Source: Amoeboaphelidium occidentale (Eukaryota). From it: a stretch of 64,000 bases of DNA. Below, piece by piece: positions 20,882 to 34,103 of this stretch. The DNA is taken from NCBI GenBank assembly GCA_023515795.1, contig JALGPX010000005.1:1-64000 (forward strand), given 5' to 3'. The position numbers and the translations under genes are program-made. Position 1 is the first letter of the stretch. Each line of letters starts with the position of its first letter. The notes beneath the pieces are model-generated. The model had not been told where the DNA came from. It saw nothing but the letters and a program-made list of their open reading frames with translations, and did not search any database.

Positions 20882-21219
20882 TTAACCCTTTGTAGACTTG
20901 AGAATTATTAAAATCCCCCTAAACCATCAGAACTGCGAGATCGTAAGGAAGTTACCAAAAGATTGCCCAAATCCATCCGACAAAAGGAATGAATAGCTGC
21001 AAAAGCCCAATAAGAACATCAGCAAAATCGTTATTCAAAGCGCCTAGAATGATGACTCCAACCCCAAAGAAGAAGAGATTCACGACACCGCAGATAATTG
21101 TGATGGTTTTATCCGCATGAGAAGGGACCTTTCAAATAAGACTCATGAGCTAACGGTATTTAAAGTACTTGTAACCCAACGATCTTTGTTTTAAGCGAAG
21201 TGAACAGGTCTCCAGCCAT
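20882..21219 (-). CDS. small three-exon SPEC3/Stum-like membrane protein (not in ORF track)
   Basis: Spliced reading MAGDLFTSLKTKIVGLQ|SLHADKTITIICGVVNLFFFGVGVII...IGLLQLFIPFVGWIWAIFW|GILIILKSTKG*. Confidence 0.65.
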
Positions 21220-21390
21220 CAATTTGTTTGTTTGCAAAGAAAGCGTCGGCCGAAGCAAAGTCAATCTTCTTTGCTAAAGCTGTTTCAACTGAACCTAACA
21301 TGCTAATATTCAAGCAGAAGTAAAAAAGGCTATGATTACTTTGGATCTTATCGTATTGTGATATCATAGTCCATTATATGCCAATCTATT

Positions 21391-22612
<1,222 letters not shown>

Positions 22613-22654
22613 TGTTCACTCTCCGTTGAAAATTAATTGGATTTGAGATTTCTA

Positions 22655-24243
22655 TTATTGCATATTTGCGCTGGCCTCAGTTTCCTTCAAGTAAGCGTCC
22701 CAAAGCGAAACGATCTATGAAACGTATTAATTCACTTCTTAATTGTAAAACATTACCTGTGTCTGATTCTTTAACATACTTTCCAGATAGCTTTGAAGTG
22801 CTGCGTGCACATCTTCTACCTTTTCTTTTTCGAACATGTCTAGCTCTTCTTTAAGTAATTTGCTTATGTCTTCAAACTCTTTCTTTGTTGCGACAACGCG
22901 CGATTCTCCTTCCAAGATATCAGATTCGATTTGAGCAATCTTGTCTGCTTTTGTCTTTGGATTCAATTTAGTCTTTTCTAGATTTATCTTATTCTTTGCC
23001 AGAGTTTGTTCAGCAGTTTGCCATGACTGATACGCTTTTGTCCTGGATCCCATTGCATTCTTTACAGAACCCATGATTCGAATATACTCATCCAAAGTAT
23101 TTCCCAAGAAACACACATCTGACACAGCCTGTTTCTCATGCAAGTCTTTCAACTTCTTTTGTGCCTCTCCAAATGTTCTTAAATGCGTTTCTGCAGATTT
23201 GTTGATTTCTGATGTGGACAAACCGATCATGCTTTCACCAAACTCAAGGGTGCAGTCAGCTAGGGCTACAAAAATATGAGAGAATTCACGTAAAGTAATC
23301 AACCTTCACGATTCTTAATTACACCATCGATGGCTTTTGCAACAGATTTCAACTGAGATTCCATTTGATCAATGTAAATCCTCTTCTGTTCAAAATAATC
23401 ATCAACCTCAGTGGTCTTTGTGAAACTACCAGAAAACGAGACAGCATCACCAAACTTCGACATGAATGAACTTTTGCCCTTCTTCTCTTGCATCTCTGAC
23501 TGTAAATTATCAGATTCCAAGAAAAGCTTGAAGCTATTGTCCTTGCTGAGGATCGGATGAGCTGAAATCTTCTTTAGCATTCTGTCCAGTAAAAGACGCC
23601 TGTTCTCTACAAAAGCCTCATCAAAACGACCTAAATAGAAGCATTACTTAAATAAAACATGTGATCATTTACCCATCGCGTGCTTTTCTGGCGGAGGAGG
23701 CACAATAACGCCTGGATTATTTGCCAATAACTGCTGATACAACCACAAGAATTCATTAAATCTCCTCTGAACAGAAAATTCAGACTCTTTGAACTGCGGT
23801 AGCGATGTTTCTGTTTGGACCTTGTATGTCGTGTGTTTGTTCATTCCATCGCCAACAGTGACAGGCTCAACCACTTTAACTTTAATATCAGCGCTGCCCT
23901 TCGCTTCCATAATTGAAATTGAAGCCTTTCCAAATGCGTTCGATAGAACAGACGCTGCGGTATTGTCCCGCTCCTCTCGAATTGACGAATTCATGTCGCG
24001 ATTTTGGTATGCGCCTTCTTCTTCAGTTGTGAGCATCGATGAATCTTCCTGTCCCAATGACTTCATAGACTTTAGGGGCGAAGTCGAAGTTGCACCGGAC
24101 AGATAACCAGAATTATGACTCTCAGCGAAAGGATTGTGTTCCAAATCCAGAGGATCATCAGCTGTGGCACTCAAAAGCGGTTTTGTGGTCGAAGAGACGT
24201 TCGTAGTCGAAAGCAAAGATTCTTTAAAGTCTTCTGAAGACAT
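22655..24243 (-). CDS. VPS5: PX-BAR sorting nexin (Vps5/SNX1), multi-exon
   Basis: PX motifs VQRRFNEFLWL and PPPPEK; BAR helices; final exon IVSLWDAY. Confidence 0.9.
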
Positions 24244-24296
24244 TTTTTTTTGTATGCGGAAAGAAGAGTGGCGCTTTTTTTCCTGTAGAGAAAAAG

Positions 24297-25496
24297 ATGT
24301 CAGGAACTGGCGGATCAAAGGAACGGTAAGTTTAGCTTGTTAGCCCTTTTGTTTAATGACTTTTATTGTGTAGCCCAGAGAACTTAAGAAGAGATTCTGG
24401 CTCAGTGAGTGGTAGGCATGATGTTTATCCACCGGGAAGGCCAAGCTATGGTCAGCGCGGTTACGAAAGAGAATATCCACCTCCACATCCTTCTTACAGA
24501 GAGCGACCTATGTATTACGGAAGAGGTCGAGGAAGAGGCACACCATATTCCGCAAGGCCGCCGCCTCCTCATATTGATAGCGCACCATCTCCTTATGAGC
24601 ATCGAAGAGAAAGCAGAGGCGATTTCGAACATCATCAGCCAAGGCATGACGCAGGACCATATTCTGCAAGAACACCTTCATTATCCGCTTCGAATTTTGG
24701 AAGATACGCACGAGAATATCCTGATCCCTATGGTCCTGGCAGTGAACGCAGATATTCAGGTGTTCCTCCACAACCTGATCCTTATTACTCTGGTGGTCCG
24801 AATTCAAGAAATCCCAGAAACTATGGATATGATTATGAGTATACTAGGAATATCAGACCACATGAGTCAGTTTCTGCTCCACAGTCTGCTGCTGTTTACA
24901 GTGATTTCGAACCTGGAGAATATCAGGAACATTATGATGAGCATTATCGACGCCATGACGAACAGCAATATCGAAGAACTTCTGCTTATGATTATCAAGG
25001 TATGGATATGTATAATGCTCGACCAAGAGGCGCTTATGGACAGCATTGGCCGCCTCCACAGTCTGGCACGAATGATCCTTTTTATTCTGAAAGTAAACCG
25101 CAAAAGTCTGAACAAGACCATTTAGTTACGTCTCCTCTTGAACCCAAAGCTCAAACGAAACCGAAGGAACCAGTTGCGCCTCCTGTTGAGATGGTGCATC
25201 AAGCAACAATGGAGCATGAAAGTAACAATACTAAACTGAAACAAGAACTACCGGAATTTCTGAGGAGCGAATGGGCTTCCAAAGAAACGGAGCAGTTGAA
25301 AGAATCGCATGAAAAGTCTCTGAAAGCTATTGAAGAAGAGATCAAGCTAGCTAACGAATCAAGGAAGGCTCAGTTTGAACTTCGAATGGCTGAGCTTGAG
25401 GTACAGAAGATGGATTCTATGCTACTCCTAGCTCAAAAACAAATGGCCTCTTTCTTAGATCATGGAGAAGTTGTTGATTTATCTTCTGCAATTTAA
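24297..25496 (+). CDS. low-complexity P/Y/R/G-rich protein with C-terminal coiled coil
   Basis: Short first exon from ATG 24297, a GTAAGT...TAG intron, then a long ORF. Confidence 0.7.
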
Positions 25497-25535
25497 TGTT
25501 GATGCGCCAACATTTTTTCAAGAATTGTCAAAGTC

Positions 25536-26008
25536 ATGAGTTCATCCGATAGTTTACACGAAGATGTCCTAAAGACTCTGAAAGCACTTACAAGCACAAC
25601 AGATAAGATCGACGAACAATTATCAGTTCTTTACAAACACCAGAATGTATCTGAAATTACGGAGGGCATGGATCTGATGGATGAATCGAAATTACTACTT
25701 TTATTGACATATGCATTAAACAGTCTTGTATTTGGTACCTTTTCACGATTTGCATTCCTTTAATCTTACGCGTAGTATACCTTCGACTGAGTGCAGAAGA
25801 TCCATCAAAGCATGAAGTCATGAATGAGATTAAGCGCGTAAAAGAATACATCGAAAAAGCAAAGTCAGTCGAGGCAAGCAGGAAAGGACGTAAGAAACTC
25901 AGTGGTAAAGTTCGCTAACTTTTATGTTTAGCCAAAAGCAGAGTTGATCAAAGCGCAGCGAAACGAATTGTGAAGCATTACACGGAAACTTCAAGCAAAG
26001 AACAGTAA
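25536..26008 (+). CDS. C1D: C1D/Rrp47 exosome cofactor (3 exons)
   Basis: YALNSLVF|VYLRL...HEVMNEIKRVKEYIEK...VDQSAAKRIVKH. Confidence 0.85.
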
Positions 26009-26123
26009 CCCATCGGCACAGACAGTAAGGTCAAATGCCGTCAATGATTTCACTTATTTCTATAATAAACAAACTTTCAGTTCATAACTGAACCGTTTTA
26101 CTCATTTTCTGTTGAACGATCAG

Positions 26124-26774
26124 ATGGAAGAAGTTTTGGCTCAGCCTGTTGCCACCAAAGAAACCTCGACAAAACAAGAAGCCCCAAAGTTCGCGCCTGT
26201 GTCAATTAAAGACGCCAAGAAGGCGGGCGATAATCTTTACAGAAGAGTTCTAATTCCGCCGCATCGTATTGCACCTCTGAAAGCGAATTGGATGGACATT
26301 TACACGCCACTCGTAGAGCAGATGTTCCTTCAGGTGCGCTTCAACACGAGGACAAAGACTGTAGAAATAAGAACATCAGATGACACGCCTGATATTGCAT
26401 ACTTACAGAAGGCTGCTGATTTCGTTCATGCTTTTGCCTTAGGCTTTGCACCATCAGATGCGATCGCTTTAGTGCGTTTAGATGATTTATACATTGAGTC
26501 CTTCGAGATCAAAGATGTCAAGACATTACACGGTGATCACTTAGCCAGAGCCATCGGTCGTATCGCTGGTAAAGATGGGAAAACACGATTCACTATTGAG
26601 AATGCTAGCAAAACTAGAATTGTTCTGGCAGATACTAAGATCCATATTTTGGGCTCATTTCAGAACATTAAAGTTGCCAGAGATGCAATCTGTAGTCTTA
26701 TTTTGGGTTCACCTCCAGGAAAAGTTTATGCGACTCTGAGGAATGTTGCATCAAGAATGAGAGAAAGATTTTAA
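26124..26774 (+). CDS. PNO1: pre-rRNA processing KH protein Pno1/Dim2
   Basis: IPPHR, HLARAIGRIAGKDGKT, LILGSPPGKVY. Confidence 0.97.
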   Translation: MEEVLAQPVATKETSTKQEAPKFAPVSIKDAKKAGDNLYRRVLIPPHRIAPLKANWMDIYTPLVEQMFLQVRFNTRTKTVEIRTSDDTPDIAYLQKAADFVHAFALGFAPSDAIALVRLDDLYIESFEIKDVKTLHGDHLARAIGRIAGKDGKTRFTIENASKTRIVLADTKIHILGSFQNIKVARDAICSLILGSPPGKVYATLRNVASRMRERF

Positions 26775-26793
26775 TAGAAAACTAATAAGTTGT

Positions 26794-27978
26794 TCAATTC
26801 AGCTTTCCCAGTTCGATCTTCTTGGCGAGAGTCCTTTCAGCAGAATATATAAAAGTATCGAGTAATCGCGCAACTGCGAATATTCCACCTGTGATCGCAC
26901 AGACTTCTGTCAGAAAGGAGGAAAATGACTGTTTCGTTTCAGTGTAAATCACCATCATTGGGGAAATGTCATAGCTGAAGAATATTCCGGGAATGGAGTT
27001 TTCTGTTGGTGGCTTTTCGTATTCAGTGACAGCGAATTGATTTGTAGACAGCTCAGTGCCATTCAGGTATTTGATTCTTGTTGGCACAACTTTGATGTAA
27101 TACTGAAAGAAAACAGTGCCTTGAAATAAGATCTCAACTATGCAAAATTTACCTTTGTCTTTAGCCTCCTTGTAGTAACCGTCTAATGGATTGCGCATTC
27201 CAGGATAAGCGTCGCCAAAGGAAAGAGAGTTGATGCTATGCGTGAAGTGAAAGTCCTTTAAATGATCAGCAATAGACTGAATGTCATGAACGTGGTAGCT
27301 CTGATGCTGATAACTTTTTCCCGGTGCGAAATGAAAGTTACCAGAGACTTTGTTGACATCGACTGAACCATAAATCACACAACCTTCATGCTTTCCAAAG
27401 TCTGCGTCCTGATTCCATCCTTCTGCGACACATTGTTTGATATTCGAGTAATTACCAACAGACCAGTTCATTCGAGCATAAGCTGCTCTGACTTCTTCAC
27501 AAGTATTGCAACATCCGCTTGGAGGAGGTTTGGCGCCATAACAATCACCGCAAGCTTCTCCTACCGCAGTTTCCTCGTCAGGGCCTCCTTTCTGGTTTAC
27601 AAAATGTTCTTCTTCGTGGTTATGCTCTGTTTCTACTACGCCAATAGGATTGCCCCACTGATCCAGTCGATGCTTGTGCATGGTCTTTCGTAAATCATTC
27701 TGCTGCTCGCCGGCAACGTCCATAACGTCCATGTTCAGTAGATTGCATGGGATACTGGCAAAGGTCATGTTCACATTTATCTTAAGCCTTTCTCTTCTAG
27801 TATTATCAACAATTAGCTCAGGGACAATATGGACAGTCCTGTAGTCCAGATACTCGGCAATTATCAAAATTAAAATAGTGAACATTGAAGTCAGAGAGAT
27901 TATTGCACCGGAGTTCGTCTTTACTTTAAAGTCGTCCAGTGGTTTTGCGTAGGCATCGAATTCTTTAAGTTTGTTCAT
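26794..27978 (-). CDS. ERV46: ER-Golgi intermediate compartment protein 3 / Erv46
   Basis: FDAYAK, CGDCYGA, CCNTCEEVR, GNFHFAPG, KIELGK. Probable in-frame 33-nt intron at 27120-27152. Confidence 0.95.
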   Translation of the reverse strand: MNKLKEFDAYAKPLDDFKVKTNSGAIISLTSMFTILILIIAEYLDYRTVHIVPELIVDNTRRERLKINVNMTFASIPCNLLNMDVMDVAGEQQNDLRKTMHKHRLDQWGNPIGVVETEHNHEEEHFVNQKGGPDEETAVGEACGDCYGAKPPPSGCCNTCEEVRAAYARMNWSVGNYSNIKQCVAEGWNQDADFGKHEGCVIYGSVDVNKVSGNFHFAPGKSYQHQSYHVHDIQSIADHLKDFHFTHSINSLSFGDAYPGMRNPLDGYYKEAKDKGKFCIVEILFQGTVFFQYYIKVVPTRIKYLNGTELSTNQFAVTEYEKPPTENSIPGIFFSYDISPMMVIYTETKQSFSSFLTEVCAITGGIFAVARLLDTFIYSAERTLAKKIELGKLN

Positions 27979-28103
27979 GTTCTTTGATTCTCTGCAAAGG
28001 ACAAATTCCAAAAGCGAGTGGAATTGTTTCAGCTCAAAGGGGCGAGACACGAATGCATTTGATATGATGGCACTTTCAAAAACAATATATTTCAACAATT
28101 AAT

Positions 28104-29156
28104 TTACAATTCGTTCTTCTTTCTCCATTTCTTACACAACTTGTTGCCACTACTTGGCTTGCTTGAACTACCGGAACCTTGAGAGTCTTGCGAAACTCCT
28201 GTGCCTTCAGATCCCTGATCACGCCCGGAAGCTTCAGGCGCTTTATCTTTAGAAGGTGCTGGCGCCGGTGCTGGTGCTGGTGATGCATCCTCTCCGCCGC
28301 TTGACTTACCGCAATTGAACTTGATATTGTTAACAATGAACGTCTGGTCAGCGCCGTCTTCTGGCTTGTTTTGACTTCCGTAATGCAATGAACCCATAAA
28401 AGTGTTGATATAGAACTGATCACCCATATCCCACGATGCAGTTCCACGATCAGTACCTTTACTGTTGGAAATAGTCAATTCATAGGTCATCTTCTTGTCT
28501 TTTACAGATAAAAAGTATGTAATTCGATTAACTTCTCCTTTCGTCACGACCGGGCCATCATCTTCTTTGCCGTTTCCTTTAATTGAAATCCCGATTTTGT
28601 CCATCTTACAAGTGCCTGCCCATTCACCATCATGAAAGTATTTACCGTCTGCTTTGAAGGACTTACAAAGCAAATCTCTGTGATTTGTCTCAGGATAATA
28701 GTAAAGGTTCATAACTTTAGAAGGATGCATTTGTAATCTGGTAGAGAACGCATCATCACATGAATTACCAGCAACGCAATCTAAACCAACCAAGTGTTCC
28801 TTGTTCTTGTTGGTTCCAGCAAACCCGGGAAGTTTGATACCTCCTTTATCATTGAACGCCTCCGGAACGGTAAGATCGAAAGTTAAAGTTGCCTCTGTAC
28901 ATTGATGAGTGCCGCCGAAACCAGCACCAGGAAACGCTTCTAAATCTGGAGTTACGTTACAAACGAATTCCTTGTTCAGATTAACGTTTAAACCATCAGA
29001 TTCTACTTTAACATTCTTGCAATGCTTCTCTACCATACACTTGAACGCGCCATCTGTTGACTTTTTGTTCTGAGCAACACACTCATCTTGACCTTTAGCT
29101 TTCGCTGAAACATATGATGCGCCTAGAAGCAATAGAATAGCAGTTGAAACCTTCAT
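28104..29156 (-). CDS. secreted polysaccharide lyase family 14-like protein with S/P/G-rich tail
   Basis: Signal peptide; EATLTFD...F...GGIKLPG...FSTRL resembles the PL14 F..GGKLPG / FS.R motifs. Confidence 0.55.
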   Translation of the reverse strand: MKVSTAILLLLGASYVSAKAKGQDECVAQNKKSTDGAFKCMVEKHCKNVKVESDGLNVNLNKEFVCNVTPDLEAFPGAGFGGTHQCTEATLTFDLTVPEAFNDKGGIKLPGFAGTNKNKEHLVGLDCVAGNSCDDAFSTRLQMHPSKVMNLYYYPETNHRDLLCKSFKADGKYFHDGEWAGTCKMDKIGISIKGNGKEDDGPVVTKGEVNRITYFLSVKDKKMTYELTISNSKGTDRGTASWDMGDQFYINTFMGSLHYGSQNKPEDGADQTFIVNNIKFNCGKSSGGEDASPAPAPAPAPSKDKAPEASGRDQGSEGTGVSQDSQGSGSSSKPSSGNKLCKKWRKKNEL

Positions 29157-29378
29157 TTCGAGAATAAAATGATCATGTCACGCTTCCATAAATTTCCGAT
29201 AAGATTTGAGTTGTATCAAGATCGTATCTGGCGTGATGCACGAATGAAATGCCTTTACGCAATCAGTAACTTCTGACATGTAATTCTAAACCAGCGTGAA
29301 AGGCAAAAGTGTAATTCATAAGAATTGTGAGAGGAACTTCTCTAGCTTTTTCTATCATCATCATTTTTTGTGTGTGCC

Positions 29379-30377
29379 ATGAGGAAGACTGTTGGAGCAC
29401 TCTTAATCGGAAACGAAATCCTTACAGGGAAGACAAAAGACTTAAATGGTCACTTTCTGAGTAAACTGTGCTTCAGTAATGGTCTTCTGTTGCAGCAGAT
29501 TACAGTTGTACCGGACAACAAGACCATGATTGCAGAACATCTCAAGCAAATGGACAAAAGCTACGACTATATCTTCACTTCAGGAGGCATTGGACCTACA
29601 CATGATGATATCACATATGAAAGTATTGCTTATACTTATAATTTAAAGCTGTACCATCATCCTTCAACTATGGATAGAATGAGGCACTATTTTACACTCC
29701 AGCGCAATCCTCCAGTAGAGTTCAATGAGGCAAGGAAGCGTATGGCTCTGATACCAGAAGGCTCTAAGGTGTATTATTCAAGCAATGCTCCAACGGCTGA
29801 ACTGAGAGATAAGGAACAAAGTGACGATACTCTGATTAACGCTTCGCCTGATGTAAAACATGATTACGTTGGACCAGAACCCATTAATCCATCTCTACAG
29901 GATGCGTCTGTTCCTGTTCACACCTCTACTGGCGTAGAAAGTAATGAAGCTCCTGCAAAACCGATAGTTTGGGTTCCGTTGGTTGTGTTAAGTGACAAAA
30001 TCCATATTCTACCAGGAATTCCTAGCCTGTTTCAGTACATGGTCACTTCTTACTTCAAGAATGTATTAGTGCCTTCTATACAACAATCCAGAAGGGAGAC
30101 GATACATCGGAAAGCAATGAAGACTAAAATGATGGAAGGAGATTTAGCGTCATGGCTTCAAGAGGTTCAGCATAAATACCCACAAGTTTCTATTGGGAGT
30201 TATCCTCAATGGAGAAATGATCATAACTCATCTAATTTGTCTCCTTCAACTGATGCGCATGTTATTGTAACTTTCGAAGGAGATTCTGACCAAGAAATTG
30301 ATGCAGCTGTAGAAATGGCATCTTCAAACATACCTATGAATGCCGTAGATATTCGAGATCTTCCAAATAGAAAATAG
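29379..30377 (+). CDS. molybdopterin-binding (CinA/FLAD1-like) domain protein
   Basis: IGNEILTGKTKDLN, TSGGIGPTHDDIT, LPGIP, IGSYP. Confidence 0.88.
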   Translation: MRKTVGALLIGNEILTGKTKDLNGHFLSKLCFSNGLLLQQITVVPDNKTMIAEHLKQMDKSYDYIFTSGGIGPTHDDITYESIAYTYNLKLYHHPSTMDRMRHYFTLQRNPPVEFNEARKRMALIPEGSKVYYSSNAPTAELRDKEQSDDTLINASPDVKHDYVGPEPINPSLQDASVPVHTSTGVESNEAPAKPIVWVPLVVLSDKIHILPGIPSLFQYMVTSYFKNVLVPSIQQSRRETIHRKAMKTKMMEGDLASWLQEVQHKYPQVSIGSYPQWRNDHNSSNLSPSTDAHVIVTFEGDSDQEIDAAVEMASSNIPMNAVDIRDLPNRK

Positions 30378-31165
30378 TCAACAGTTCGCTTTCCGTTTCT
30401 TGTTGAAAAGCTTGTCCTGGGCTGCTTGAGCAAATATTTCAGAGAACTTTGATGCTGGAGCCTCTGTCTTAGGATCATTCCTTGGATATTTTTCTGCGTC
30501 GCTGTGAGAAGGAGCAGGGCGTTTAGGAACTTTTTCTAGAATAGGTGAAGCCGCTTTCTTGACTGGAGGAGGAGATTCTACAGCTTTTGTTACAGGAGGC
30601 TGTACGCTCTGACTCCTCTTAACAATAGGCCTTCGTGCATAATCTCGCATAACCGCAGCAGCCGTCTTTTTGAAGATCGCAGAGTGTTCCTTCTTTGGTA
30701 ACTTCACTTTGCCAAGCTTTTGAACTTCACGACTATCAGACGCCAAAACAACAGCCTTCCGTGCGCTCTTTTCCTGTGATGCTGAATCGTAACTCTTCTT
30801 TAATTTACTTCGGGTCAATACAATTTTATCTTCATACTTCTTCACCTCGTCATAGTACACTTTGCGCCATGATACTTTCTTTGACTTCATCTCTTCTTCA
30901 ATTGCAACTCTAGAGGGATACTCTCTCATACAGATACTCTTCCATATGGAATTATCTTCTTTCACTATCGATGGATTATATTTTTCTAAACGCTTCAGTT
31001 GCTGTGCAGTGCATCCAACAAGGATTTGCTTAATGATATTGTAAGGTACATCACCAAATTCCCGAACAGCTACAGTTAACAAGTTGAGGAATAAAATTTA
31101 AAAGCCCTACAGTCCAAGTGAATACGAAGTGTTTCGATGCAAAGTGCCTGCAAAGATTTGATCAT
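30378..31165 (-). CDS. ELA1: Elongin A
   Basis: Exon 1 BC-box KSLQALC, then FGDVPYNIIKQIL, QLKRLE, SWRKVY. Confidence 0.8.
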
Positions 31166-31681
31166 ACGTGAAAATAACAATACCAAGAAAGACTATTGCG
31201 ATCAACTTGAAAGAAATTAATAACTTCAAAGTAAAAATAAGATCTCGTACTATACTGATAAGTTAAGATATCATCCTGTAAGAAAGTAGCTGAAGTACCA
31301 CGCATTGGGGTCAAGCAAAATGACCACCGAAACGTGATATCAAAGCTGCTGAATAAAGGGACATGCTAGGCTTCAGCCTTAANNNNNNNNNNNNNNNNNN
31401 NNCGATCAACTTGAAAGAAATTAATAACTTCAAAGTAAAAATAAGATCTCGTACTATGCTGATAAGTTAAGATATCATCCTGTAAGAAAGTAGCTGAAGT
31501 ATCACGCATGGGGTCAAGCAAAATGACCACCGAAACGTGATATCAAAGCTGCTGAATAAAGGGACATGCTAGGCTTCAGCCTTAATATAATGCCGTAACC
31601 AGGGATTGTATGTTTCAACCCCAAAAATAGTCTAAACCAAATGCGCCGCTGATTCTGATAACGCCGTCTTTTGTTCAAACA

Positions 31682-33179
31682 ATGTCTGACTTACCTGCGC
31701 TTTTGAAACGATTGGAATCCGTCACAGGACGTTTGGAAGAATTGGCTTCTAAGGGCGGTGTGGCAACTGGAAGTAAACCAGCTGCTAACGGAACTTCTGG
31801 CTCTTCAGCTGCCTTTGTTGAAGCTTTTGATGAGATTTTATCTGGCCCTGTTAAGCAATACTTGGAATTATCTGCTAAAGTCGGTGGCCTTGTTAACGAT
31901 CAGGTTTGTGTCATTCTGTATAGCTTATGATATCTTTAAATTAGGCTGTAGTAGTTCAGCAAGCTCTTGAAGCACAGAAGCAGTATTTGGTCACAGCTTC
32001 AAAAAGCAAGAAACCTGATGCAGCTGTCGTCCCACAATTATTGGCTCCATTGTCTACACTTCTAACAAAAGTTGCAGAGTTCAAGGACAAGAACAAGGGT
32101 CATGCTTTGTCGAATCACTTGTCTGTTGTCGCTGATGGTATTCCTGCGCTTGGTTGGGTTGCAGTTGAGCCAAAGCCTGCACCATTTATCGAAGAAATGA
32201 AGAATGCTGCTCAGTACTTCTCTAACCGTATTTTGAAGGAGTTCAAGGAGAAGGATAAGACTCATGTCGATTGGGCAAACTCTTTCATGGCTATCTTGAC
32301 GGAAGTTCACGGATATGTCAAGAAATATCACACCACCGGTGTTGTATGGAACCCATCGGTACAATTTTATTGTATTTATGGTTTTATGTTTTAGGGTGAA
32401 GTTGCAAAAGCTGCACCTGCTCCTGCTGCAGCTCCAACACCAGCCGCTGCACCTACTCCTGCCCCTGCTGCTCAAGGTAAGCCAGCAGCTGCTGCATTAT
32501 TTGGTGAATTGAACAAGGGTGGTGACATTACTTCAGGTAAAATGTCCTGTTATTTAGTAATCTTGAAGGCCTCAAGAAAGTTGAAAAGTCTCAAATGACA
32601 CACAAGAACCCTGAATTGCGTGCTTCAAGTGTTGTCAAAGCAAAGGATGAAGCTCCTGCTCCTAAGCCTATTGCTTCAGGAAAGACTGTTTCCAAGGCTC
32701 CTCCAAAATTTGCTTTGGAAGGAAACAGATGGTGTGTTGAGAATCAGGATAACCAAAGAGAACTTGTTATTACTGATATCGACCCAAAGAACATTGTTTA
32801 TATTGGCAACTGTGTTAACTGCACCATTCAAGTCAAGGGCAAAGCTAATGCTGTTGTATTTGATGGCTGTAAGAAGACTGCAGTTGTTGTAGAGAGCTTG
32901 GTTTCTTCATTCGATGTGATCAACTGCAAATCTGTTCAATGTCAGATTACAGGAACTGCTCCTACATGTGCTATTGACAAGACTGATGGATGCATATTGT
33001 ATTTGTCAAAGGAGTGTTTGGGAATCGAGATCTTCACGTCGAAATCTTCTGAGTTGAATGTTTCCATTCCTGGCAAAAATCCTAATGACGATTACATTGA
33101 ATTGCCTGTTGCTGAACAATTCAAGACTGTGGTCAAGGACAATGCTTTGGTAACTGGTGTCGTTGAGCACAAGGGATAA
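31682..33179 (+). CDS. CAP1/SRV2: adenylyl cyclase-associated protein (multi-exon)
   Basis: LLKRLESVTGRLE, ALGWVAV, LKKVEKSQMTHKNPELR, IDKTDGC, EHKG. Confidence 0.95.
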
Positions 33180-33254
33180 TGTTAAGATATCTGCAAAGAA
33201 TAAACGGCCAGATTCACTTGCGAGATCAACAGTTTCTATTGTTTGTTGTTTGAA

Positions 33255-34086
33255 ATGACAGTATCTTCCGGTAAACTGTTCATGCTTGCGAAGCTAATTG
33301 TTCTCAGCCCCAGGCACACCATCTCGCTCTTACACTCCATCGAAAACGAAACAGGCTAGCAAACCTGCTGATGTTTTACAGAAAGTTCAGGAACTTCAAG
33401 CTGAAAAGGCTTTCTTGGAAAAGGAAGTTGAAACATATCGCAAAGACACTGTGACTGAAACCAAACGCTATGAAGATCGCATTAGAGCATTATTAACAGA
33501 GTTGGATACTTTGAAACAGTCCAACAGATCGCTGGAAGATAAATGGAAGGAAACCAAAAAGGAAAAGATCGATTTACACAGTCAGAATGTTGTATTGGCG
33601 AACAAGTTGAAACAAGCGGAGAATCATTTAGCAAAGTTGGAACAGGTTCGCTTTTAAAAGAATCGTAATGATAATTTTCAGTCGCAAAGTTTGAATCGCT
33701 CGACTCCGACAAAAGCTGCAGGCGCTGGCGCAGAAAAACAATTGAAACTTCTTCAGGCCAAATACGATGATCACATGAAAGAAGCTGAAGAAACGATTGT
33801 CTATTTGGAAACAAAGTTGGAAGATGCAGAGGATACCATCAAAGACTTGGAGGCTCAAAATACGATTCTGGAAATGAAGATCGCGAGGCTTGAAACAAGT
33901 CACGATTATGCTGTCGGTCTTGAGAAAGAATTAGAGAACATGAATGATATGAGCACGAGACTGGATGAACTAGAAAGACAAAACTATTCTCTGAATCAAG
34001 CATTGGCAGGGCGTAAGTCTGAGAAAACTTCTCATGCGTTGAATGATGTAGCAGACTTGACGCAGAAATTGAAAATCGAGGAATAA
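33255..34086 (+). CDS. coiled-coil hypothetical protein (3 exons)
   Basis: Heptad-rich ORFs joined by short GT-AG introns. Confidence 0.65.
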
Positions 34087-34103
34087 ATATATTCTCTAAG
34101 TCT

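Noticed and set aside
24402..25125. Multiple long alternate-frame and antisense ORFs (also in UTP14, PDX1 and others)
   Set aside because: Shadow ORFs of low-complexity or codon-biased genes, with no independent motifs.
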